Below, piece after piece: positions 50,261 to 61,340 of a stretch of 64,000 nt of DNA. Every line of letters starts with the position of its first letter. Position 1 is the stretch's first letter. The notes beneath the pieces are model-generated. The model was not told the origin of the DNA. It saw only the letters and a program-made list of their open reading frames with translations, and searched no databases. A program made the translations under genes and the position numbers. Origin of the DNA: Stegostoma tigrinum (lineage: Eukaryota). The DNA is taken from NCBI RefSeq assembly GCF_030684315.1, contig NC_081374.1:11954837-12018836 (forward strand), given 5' to 3'.

Positions 50261-53200
50261 AGCTTTTGTGCTCCTGAGATGCTGCTTGGCCTGTTGTGTT
50301 CATCCAGCTCCACACTTTGGTGTCTTGGATTCTCCAGCATCTGCAGTTCCCATTATGTCTGATCATGATATTCAAAGTAGTGCTCAGTTACAAGAGGTGT
50401 ACTTCAACAATCTGTTCTGAGTCCTCTTCTATTTGTGATTTTGGTAAATGATTTGGATGTTGGAGTGGAAGGGTGGATGAGTAAGTTCACGAACGATGTA
50501 ATGGTGGTTTGGGTTGTAGATAATGTGGAGGGATCTTCCAGGTTCCAAAGGGACTTTGATAGGATGCAGAGCTGGGCTGAGAAGTGGCAGATGGATTTTA
50601 ACCCTGAAAAGTGTGAGGTGATTCATTTTGAAAGGACAAATTTGAAATCAGAATACAGGGTTAACGGAAAGATTCTTGGCAATGTGGAGGAGCAGAGAGA
50701 TCTCAGGCTTCAGGTCCACAGTTCCCGTAAAGCTGCCACCCAGGTGGGTAGAGTTGTTAAGAAGGCGTATGGTATGTTCGCTTTCATTCATAGAGGGATT
50801 CAAGAGTTCAAGAGCCATTAAGCTGGGCTCCACCTGTACAAAACCCTCTTTCAGCTACATTTGGAGTATTGTGTCCAGTTCTGGTCGCCTCATTACAGGA
50901 AAGATGTGGAAGATTTGGAAAAGGTGCAGAGGAGATTTACCAGGATGTGACCTGGAATGAAGGGAAGGTCTTATGAGGAAACGTTGAGAGAGCTAGGGCT
51001 TTTCTCTTTCAAAAGACGAAGAATGAGAGGTGACTTGATGAAAGTGTATGAAATGATCAGAGGTATAGAAAGAGTGAACAGCCAGAGACTTTTTCCTCGG
51101 GTGAAGGCACCTATTACGAGGGGCCATTTTTTTAAAGTGAGTGGAGGTAGATATAGGGGAGACGACAGAGGAAGGTCCTTTACTCAGAGTGTGGTGGGGG
51201 CCTACAATGCATTGCTGGAGAGGGTAGTGGAGTCAGCCTCATTTGGAGCATTTAAGCGGCAATTGGATAGGCATATGTATGATAGTATAAGGCAGGGGTC
51301 GAGGTTAGATGGGCCTGAGGTTTAAGGTAAAAGTTAGACACAGCACTGTGGGCCCATGGCCCTGTACTGTGCTCTACAGTTCTATGTACTATGTTCTCGA
51401 AACACACGGTTGTTGGGGAACTTGGGGATATAAATATTGATGGCTTGATAACTGTCCACATTACAAAAGAGGAAGTGCTGAAGGTCTTAAAAAACACAAA
51501 GGTGAATAAATTGGTGGTCCCTGATTAAGCATGTCCCAGGATATTGTGGGAAGTTAGTGAAGAAATTGAGGGATCCCTTGTGGAGATATGTGTCTCATCC
51601 ACAGTCACAGGTGCAGTGCCTGAGGACTGGAGGCTGGCTAATGATGAGCCTTTATTTAAGCAAGGCTATAATGGGAAGCGTGGGAACTATAGGCCTGTGA
51701 GCCTGGCATCAGTGACGGGTAAGTTGCTGGAGCGGATTCTGAGAGATAGGATTTATATGCAATTGAAGCGGGAAGGACTGTTTAGGGTGAATCAGTATCA
51801 CTTTGTGTGTGTGAAGTGTACCTTACAAACTTGTTTGAGATTTTTGAGAATGAAACCAACAAGATTGATGAGGACAGAGTAGTAGATGTTGTCTACATGG
51901 GCTTTAGTAACAAGGTTCCTCATGGTCAACTGATTAGTAAAGTTAGATCTCATTGGATTGAAGGTCATCTTGCCAAATGGAACAAAATTGTTTTGACAGC
52001 AGGAGACAGGGTGTGGTGCTGGAGGGTTTATTTTGGATGGGAGGCCTGTGACCAGCGAAGTTGCACATGCATCAGTATAATTTATGTCAACGATTTGGAT
52101 GAGAATTTAGGAGGCAGGGTTAGAAAATTTTCAGGTGACACCAAAATTGGTGGTAAAGTCGACCATTAAGAAGAACATCTAAGATGACAAAGGGATCTTG
52201 ATCAATTGGGCCAATGAGCACATAGTTTTTAATTTGGAAAAATGTACGATATTACATTTTGGTAAAACAAATAAGGGCAGGACTTACATAATTCTTGATA
52301 GTGGCCTGGGGAGTGTTGTCGAAATGAGAGATCTAGAAGTTCAGTTTGATAATTCTTTAAAATTTGCATCACAAGTCGACATGGTGGTTGAGATGCTGTT
52401 CAACATTTTTTCCTTCATTGCTCAGACCATTGAGTACAGGATTTGGAACGTCGTGTTGAGCTTGTACAGGATTTTGGTGAGGTTACTTTTGTTGTCCTGT
52501 GTACAGTTCTAGTCACCCTGCTGTAGGAAGGTAAATGTTATATTGAAGCAGCTTCAGAAGAGATTTAACGGAATGTTACTGGAACTGGATGGTTTCAGTT
52601 ATAAGAATAGGTGAGAAAGGCTGGGGCTTTTTCCACAAGGCTTTTTTATAATTCATTTATTGGATGAGGGTGTCGCTGACCAGGCAGCATTTATTACCCA
52701 TCTCTAAATGCTCCGAGGGCAGTTCAGAGTCAACCACGTTGCTGTGGGTCTGGAGTCACATGTCGGCCTGAACAGATAAGGATGGCAGTTTGCTTCCCTG
52801 AAGGACGTTACTGAACCAGATGGGTTTTTCCTGACAATCGACAATGGATTCAGAGTCATCATTAGACTCTTAATTCCAGATATTTATTCAATTCAAATTC
52901 CACCATTTGCAATGGCAGGATTTGAAGCCTCGTCCCTAGATCATAATCTGGGTCCCTGGATTAACAATCCAGCAATAATACCACAAGGGAATTGCCTCTC
53001 CCAGAGTGTAGGTTGAGTTGTAAATTTATAAAGGCTTATAAAGTCATGAGGGGCAGACATGAGATGAATAGCAAAGGTCTTTTTCCCGAGGATGGGGGAG
53101 TTCAATTGAGAGGGAATGTTTTTAAGATGAGAGAAGAAAGATTTAAAAGGGACCTGAGGGACAACTATTCACACAGGGGTTATTTCATGTGGGGACAGGG

Positions 53201-55066
53201 GCACAACTAATGAATGGACAGTTACAACAAATAAAAGATGAAAAGGAAAGGTTTGGTGGGAAATGGGCCAAATGCAGACGAGTGGGACTAGTTCAATTTG
53301 AGAAACTTAGGCAACATTGACGTGTTGAACCAAAGGGTCTGTTTCCGTGCTGTATGACTCATTGACTCTGTAAAATTATCGGTAGAATTAGGTCATTTAC
53401 AGGTGTCATTGTGATCAGAGAAGGGGAAATAATGATATCACACAGACTTTTTGTGCAAGTAATGAGCTTCCATTTGTTCATGATGTTCTCTTGGATAATT
53501 ACAAGTGAAAATGAGGTGAATCTGAACATCATTCCCTTCTTTCAACAGGACAGAGATATATTTGTAACAGTTCTTCAACAATACCACCAACGACTACATA
53601 TTCCCCAAATACAAATCGAATTTCTTCTCCCAGTCAAACTCCAAACTCAGCAGACAATCTGTCTGAAAGGTATGATACTCTTTGTTTTGTATCCATGTTC
53701 GAAATTAACAACTTGTTCAACAATTTTGGCCAAACGAGTGAAAGCCGCTTATTATTTTGGAAATGAAAATGGTGCTGGGTTGATATCAGGCTGCTGTGTC
53801 AGTTTCACATTGAAGGTCCAATTGTTTTTGAAAAGTACAATTGGAGAACATACTTTCTATTTTGCTGACCTTCAGACTGCATTGCTCATCTTCATTACTT
53901 CACCATTAAACCACATGGAGTGTGATGCACTGTGCTTGCCAAACCTACCTTGCTGCTGTGTGTCCTGGAGTGTGATATCAGGGCAGGTTCATTCCTGCTG
54001 GTGAAAAGAAAGATTTGAGGTGATATATCTGCACAGTGACTGGGAGCTTTCAGTGTAAGTCTTTCGCATCAACTCCAATCGCGTGGTGGCTCACAGCGCC
54101 AGCGACCCGGGTTCGATTCCGCACTTGGGGAATTGCATGTCTGTAGTTTGCATATTCTCCCCTTGTGGGTGTGGGATTCCTCTGTGTGCTCTGGTTTTAA
54201 TCCCACAGCCCAAAGATGTGTAGGTTCGGTGGATTGGCCATGCCAAATTGCCTATTTCCGTGTTCCATCACCTTACTTCACGAAATGGGAGACTGAAGGT
54301 CAAAGTATTCGGGGATTTTCAATTTTTCACTTCTAGTGAGTTTTGCAATAATTCTTTTACGACCCCACCTCAAGATTCAGAGAGAACTTTGACATCAATA
54401 AACTGGATCTATGCTGTGTCAGTTGCCAGGGGAGCAGAGAGAAGCTGCAGTGAGATGACATAAATCAGCAGCATCTATAATTTTGAAACGGACTCTGATG
54501 TTGATTCATTCATTTCATGACAATTCAAGATGTTCATTCGTTTAGTTTCTTCAGTCACATGAACAACTGCACCTCATTACATTTCATCACTTTGATATTT
54601 GAACAAATTTGAAAAATTCGATGAATCATTTTTGAAAATGAATGCAAGTGTAAGATATCTCCAGAAAATGCACGAATGTTGCACTCCAGTTTTGTTTTAC
54701 ATCTCCCAGCTTGCAGGTGTTATGCCTTGAATAGACAAATTCATCACTGTATCAGAGCATGTGACCTAAGGGGATAATGGTGGCAGGCTCCATCTCAGTT
54801 TGGGTCACTTCAAGCATAACATGCTGATGGAAGTGTTCCACTGTATGTAATAGAAGAGCTCAGTTTTAGCACGCACCCTGAAATGATGACTTTGTCCATT
54901 AGAGGCTGAACACATCAAATTAGATAAAATAAAATGTGTTATTACTCATCTCAGCTCAGGGTGTTGTAGTTTTCAAAGTAAAGAAATGGCAGCTTTTGAA
55001 AACTCAGGGCATTCAGCGGTATCATCAACAGGGTCATTACATTCTCCACCATCTTCTCTTCCTCAG

Positions 55067-55076
55067 ATCCGCAGAG
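55067..55076 (+). CDS. Gene B exon 5: 10-nt microexon ATCCGCAGAG (D-P-Q-S)
   Basis: Long polypyrimidine tract ttctccaccatcttctcttcctcAG, donor AG|GTACAA. It supplies exactly the phase 1 to phase 2 shift the TM exon needs. Confidence 0.65.
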
Positions 55077-55917
55077 GTACAAACTGATAGGGTGAAAGAC
55101 TGTCTGGTTCCAGATGGTTAAGACTTGCCTGTTAGAAAGTGCAAGGAGCAATGTGGGTTAATGCCATGATAACAAACTGTGAGGCTGGATGAACACAGCA
55201 GGCCAAGCAGCATCTCAGGAGCACAAAAGCTGACGTTTCAGGCCTAGAACCTTCATCAGAGAGGGGGATGGGGAGAGGGAACTGGAATAAATAGGGAGAG
55301 AGGGGGAGGCGGACCAAAGATGGAGAGTAAAGAAGATAGGTGGAGAGAGTGTAGGTGGGGAGGTAGGGAGGGGATAGGTCAGTCCAGGGAAGACGGACAG
55401 GTCAAGGAGGTGGGATGAGGTTAATAGGTAGCTGGGGGTGCGGCTTGGGGTGGGAGGAAGGGATGGGTGAGAGGACTAACCGGTTAGGGAGGCAGGGACA
55501 GGTTGGACTGGTTTTGGGATGCAGTGGGTGGGGGGGAAGAGCTGGGCTGGTTGTGTGGGTTAATGCTATTGTGAGTTTCTCACTCAGTGATCAGACACCT
55601 CACTGTTGTAATATTATACCAGACTGCAGTGCCTCCTGCAAATGTCCAACCATTTAAACTTTTAATCCTCATGTATAACTTTGTCCTGAGCATTACAGGA
55701 CATGCTACTGAAACTTGTTGAATTTGACGGTTACCTATTTGTTCATGTCATTCAAGAATTAAGATGTAGTTCAGTTTTCCCGCTGCCGCCCCTGAGCTGT
55801 GCTACTTTAATTTGCTACAATATATTAAGATTGCAGGTTAAATAGTGGATAAATGTTTGAAACCTGAAGCGGACTCACTTTTGTCAAATGATTTTGTATT
55901 TCTTACATTTTGCTCAG

Positions 55918-56008
55918 TTACGTTGTCTGGAATGTGATACGCTGGATGGTCTTCGCTCTCCTGGTGATTTGTTCTGTTTCTGTCACAAAGAATGTGAGAA
56001 AACATTAG
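55918..56008 (+). CDS. Gene B exon 6: transmembrane segment with Arg plus very short tail (YVVWNVIRWMVFALLVICSVSVTKNVRKH*)
   Basis: Acceptor ttcttacattttgctcAG; hydrophobic ~22-aa stretch followed by basic residues; TAG at 56006-56008 directly followed by GTGGGT (GTGAGT in the paralog). Confidence 0.82.
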
Positions 56009-57240
56009 GTGGGTATCATGGACTTTACAAAAATAATTCTGTGCGCTCTAAGCTCTCCATCAATGAGATGTTCCTGGTTGGAGATGTTTCTGAAGCACGA
56101 GACACTGTTTGAGAAGAATGGGTTGGCCATTTGAGACTGAGATAAACAGGAATTTTTACTCAGAGGAGAGGAATATTTGGAATTCTCTTCCCCAGAGAGC
56201 TCTGGAGGCTCCAGCTTTGAGTATAGTCTAAACAGAGATCAATAAATTTCTGGGTAATAGAGATATCAAGGGTCATGGGAATAATGCAACACAAAAATGG
56301 CTTTCAGGGAGAAGATCTGACATGATCCAGGTGAATGCTGAAGGAGCCTTCAGGGGCTGAATGGTGTCCTCTGCTCGTTCCTCAGAAGTCTCCGTATCCA
56401 TATTCCAAAGGAATTGTATAATGCTATTGCACAACCATGCTAAATCCATTCATGCCTTCAGGTAGAACCAAGGCTAAACATTAGGCTGGTCCCAGGTATG
56501 GAGGGATTATCTTATGAGGAGAGTTTGCATAGGATTGGTGCTGTCCTCATTCGAATCTAGAAGAATGAGAAGTTGGCTTCTAGAAACATTCTAGCTACTT
56601 CCAGGACATGATGCGGTAAATGCAGGTTGTATGTTTCCACTTGTGGTGGAGATGTAGATCACAGCATATCATCACAGATGGTACATATGTTTAAATTGCA
56701 GATGAGGAGAATTTGTTTTTATCTCTGAGGTGGCTGTGAACCTGTAGAATTAGTTGACAAGGAGGATTGATGAGGCTCTGCCATGAGTGCTCTACACTCA
56801 AGGCTGGGATAGACAGGTTTTTAATCAGTCAGTGAATCAAGAGTTACGGGAAAAGGTCGGAAAGTGGGGTTGAGGATGATGAGATCAGCCATGATCCAGT
56901 TGAATGGCAGAGCAGACACAATGGGCTGAATGGCGCAGTTTTGTTCCAATGTCTTATGTCTTCACCTATTTCTGCTGTCACCTGATCACCAGCACAACTA
57001 CAGGGATACATTAACTCTCTGTGATCCAATGATCTTCGATGTGTACAAGCAGCATTGATATGTATTAGTTTTCCAGAACATGTGTAACAGCCAATGGGGA
57101 AGGAGGAGTGTGATCTGGACATAGCTCCAGTTCATTTCAAGTTATCTTCAGTTCATTGCCATGTCCAGAATTCAATTCAAAACTAACGTGAAAACGAAGG
57201 CATCAGACTCTGTCTCAGTTTTTCTGATGTTTCTTTCCAG

Positions 57241-57480
57241 TTCCTCATTGAATCTGACACTCTCAGCTCGACCAATTGGGAAAGTAAAGATTTTCTGCAC
57301 CTGTGCCACTGGCTGGAAGTTTACATCTTGAGAAAATATTGACTAACTATCTCACATCGGATATTTGTTTCGTCAATCCTGTGTGGGAAAAGAGATCTTG
57401 TCATAAGATGATTTTGGATTAATGTAGTTGAAAAAGAACAAAAACCTGAAATGATCGCTGTAATCACAAATTGTAATCAG
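57241..57480 (+). other. Probable non-coding 3' UTR exon of gene B (end not defined); paralog starts at 33760
   Basis: Strong acceptor tttctgatgtttctttccAG after the TM-exon donor; no clear AATAAA seen, so the end coordinate is arbitrary. Confidence 0.35.
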
Positions 57481-60400
57481 AGATGAGAACTGCAGACACT
57501 GGAGATTCCAAGAACACAAGGTGCAGAGCTGAATGAGCACTGCAGGACAAGCAGCATCTTAGGAGCAGGAAAGCGAGGTCGAGCCCCGAACCATCAGCTT
57601 TCCTACTCCTGAGATGCTGCTTGGCCTGCTGTGTTCATCCTTGTTATTTCACATGATGTGTTTCACTTTTATACGGGATAGATCAATGTATATTTTTGAG
57701 AATGGGAGAATATCACAAAGAAAGAGGAAATTGGTGGAATTTTTCCCTCCCTGGAACAATCAGGGAAATTACAAGAAGTTGGGAAAATATGCCAATCATG
57801 AAAGAATCAGAACTTCTCATCAAGAAAATATTTTACAATTTTCTCCTCAGGTGTATGAATGGCATCTTCAGAATCTCGCTACTGAGTTGAGACCATCTTA
57901 TTTCCATGTATTTGTGCTTCGTTATGAGCCCAACTCTCACCACGTTTTCACCATTTCCAATTGTTCTCTTCCACCCGGGAAATACACAGTGCAAATTCCC
58001 AATATGTTATTCACAGCAGCTTACTGGCAGGTACTACTCACTGATTGCTTGTCCCAAACCTCGCCAAGACTTCTTCTGTCTTCACCACAACGTCCCTGCA
58101 CACTCCCTGGAGACAATCCTCCTCCACTCTATATCCACTCAAGTCATCATGAGCACAGCATCAGCCTTCCTTGCAGCATCAGAACTCCCCTCGCTCCAGC
58201 GCTACCACCACTTGAATTTGGAGCTCACGGACAATTGTTTGCAGGCTGCCAGCCTCAGTGCTTTACATTGCTTTTAAACACAGAGCCCTGTCATTGTAAG
58301 CCGCAGCCTGCCAGACTCTGGGAGCTGCATTGCATTGTACCACAGAGTTCAAAGTTGGCAACTTGTCACGGTGGGAGGCACTGAGCAGGAAGGGAGTGGG
58401 CATCTCACTCTATGGCACAATGCCAAGTCAGTGTCACTCTGACAATACTGGTCAGTACGTCATGTGGCAAATACAGTGATGTGTTTCAATGAAATTGCCA
58501 TGTCTTAAAGTGAAAGTGGAGTAGTGCCGAGTGGGGTGATTGGGGACTGTGGGGAATCTGGGGCTGACTCCACAATCAGTCCAGATGCTCATTCAATTCC
58601 AGTCCATGATCAGTCTGTGCCAGCTCTGACCAGACTCTGGGGATCTAGGGCCTTGTGTTCCAGGCACTGGGCCTCACTAATGCAAGTGTATCCAGCCCAG
58701 GGATTATAGAGGGCTCAGTTTGGGAGCTTGGAGATATCAGTTACTGTACTGGGCCACTTTTATTGGAACTCTGCTGCCGAGTCAGTCCACATTGTTGTGG
58801 GAGTAGGCGATGACTTAATTGGGAATGGATTTATCAGGGCCAAGTCTATGGAAGCCAGAGGGAAATGATCAAATCAAGTCTGGGCTAGGCTCGATTGGAC
58901 TGTGTCACTGAGAGAATGATGACAGTGAGTAAAGGCAATTCAAGTTAAAAGAGTATTACAAGTGTAAAATAGACAGAGTAGGATTTCCGGTCATCACAAT
59001 TACATGCCTACAGTCAGAAGATGTTCTTCCAGCTTGAAGACATGAAAATCTTACAGTATTAGACAGGATGTACATTGTATGTTTGGGTAATAAAATCATG
59101 TCCATCAAGTCATATAGTCATAAAATGCAAAGTTAGATCCTCCAGTCCAACTCGTCCCCCTCAAACACACATCCCAATCTGACCTGGTCCCATTTGTCAG
59201 CTTTGGCCCCACATACCTCCAAACCTCTCCTACTCATATACCCATCCAGATGCCTTTTATATGCTGTAATTGTATCAGCATTCACCACTTTGTCTGGCAG
59301 CTCATTGCTTAAATGCACTACCCTCTGTGTGAAAAGGTTACTCCTCAGTTATTTTGTTAAATCTTTTCCCATTCACCTTTGACCGCTGCCCTTTGTTTGT
59401 GGACTCCCACACCAGGGAAAAAGACCCGGGCTATTCAGCCTGTCCAAGCCCTCATTTCAATTAGTTTATTTCCGATAGACATGTGTAATAATGTGGAATG
59501 TAGACAATGTGAATACTGTTGGGTACCGGTATGGGTGAGCTCATATCTAACAGTTTGTTTTGGATATTATTATTTACAGAAAGCATTGTACGGAAGCTCG
59601 TTAGTTGTATGAATCAGATAAAGTCTTGTTGCCATTTGAAAGATGTGATCTGCTTGTCATTTTTTCATATATACAGCTTCAATGCCTGCATTAGTAAATA
59701 TTTAAACAAAGAAACCTGACTCTGCTCCTGTCCAAAGAGGAAATACCACATAAGATCACCCTTTTGGGGGGCTCTCATAGAACATCGGAAGTGCCAGAGA
59801 GCAGCAGGAGGTGAGGTTTTCCCAGGTCACTGTCACTTTAGCCTGTACTTGGTGTGGGTTCAGGGCCAATAAGGACACTGAATTGTAGGCCTGAGAGGGG
59901 ATAGTCTGCAATGTGCAAGGGATCCTCTTCATTGCGAAGGAGATGCCTATCATAGTGACTTACTGCCAGAATTCTACACCCCCAATAAATCTCAATGTCT
60001 TTGGTTGTGCAGATTACATTTGGATGAGGTTATACAGCTCGGACATTCTCACGGTGTTATGACAGCGACCACAGTTGCCCTGAATTTTCTTGCCAATTTT
60101 CAAGGACCAACTGGACAGCTGTATGGCACCTCCAACTCTGACACACAAATGCAGACCAGCTGTCTCTGCTGCCGTTTTCTCCAGATCGCATCTGTTCATA
60201 TGTTTCCCCGAGCTGTGACACAGATAGTATCTCCGTCCAGGAAGGGGAATATTCCACCACCACTGGCTTCCCCCAGGGACAGGATGCTATAAGCTGCACC
60301 CACACTGCTTTCAGAATGTCCCCCGCACTAACTTGCAAATCTCAACAACAGGAAAGACTCCACCTCCATCAAGGCACACGTTGGGTGTAACCATCGATGC

Positions 60401-61340
60401 CAGGTTTTGGAGGTGGGTCATTGATATCCTGGGGGCTCCCACAATGTGCAGATAGTCGAGCGGTCACTGGGTCCTGCTTCTTCCCAATATTCTCAGGACA
60501 TACAGGAATGGCTGCTGGGAGACAGGAAGAGCCCTCCTGAAACTTGGCTGATGGCATTTTTATCAAACCCATAGACTGATACAGTATGAAGATACAATGC
60601 TGCTCCTGCTTCCACCAGGGCCACTGTGGAACAGACCATAGGGCTCATTAAGATGGGGTTTTGATGCCTAGAATTCTTCAGCGTGACCTTGCAGCTTTGC
60701 CCAGAATGTCTCCCCCATCAGTATGGCTGCTGGGGCCCTCACAGATGGAGCTGACAAAGATTGTTGGAGGGGGGCAGTGGGATGTCCCACATCCAGGTGA
60801 AATGGGGTGGGGGTCATATTCGGGCTCACTGTCACTGACTGGAACTTCTGCAGTGGCTCTGCATCCCAGGCAGGAAGGAAATGGAGAGACCAGACATCAC
60901 TGGAGTGTCCTGAGGGGAAACATTGAGGGATTTTCTGTGAGGGTCCTCCTCTCTATGGGTGCCTCCTGACACCATCCTGTCACTTTGAGAGGAAGGGGAA
61001 CCTGGAGTGATGTCAATAGCCACGTCACACTCTCACCTCCTCAGTGACGCTGAACACCCACGGCCTCAGCAATGGAGTGTCGGTCCGTGTTCATATCCAG
61101 CAGACACTGAGTGGACTGGACCTGAGTCTGAGAGACACCCGCCCACCTCTCCAAGGGGATGGTCAGACACATCGCCTGGGACTGATAGTGTTGGCTTATT
61201 CCTCCATTCTTTGATCCAGTTTAACAGCTGCCCCTGACATACCTACCTGCTGTGCTTGTGCCCGTCAGTGCATGTTCACAAAGTCAGTAAGATTAAAGCT
61301 GACAATTCTGAAGATTGAAACCATTGTCTTTGGTCACACC

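Noticed and set aside
53411-54004. 197-aa hydrophobic, Cys-rich ORF in intron 4
   Set aside because: GTG start, AT-rich intronic composition, and disrupted in the paralog at 29640-30193.
57614-58384. 256-aa ORF (and 229-aa paralog 34215..34904) as a novel gene
   Set aside because: No recognisable domain. It starts inside pLTR sequence, the older paralogs (5750-6389, 22920-23556) are broken by deletion and stops, and the two open copies are too young to show constraint.
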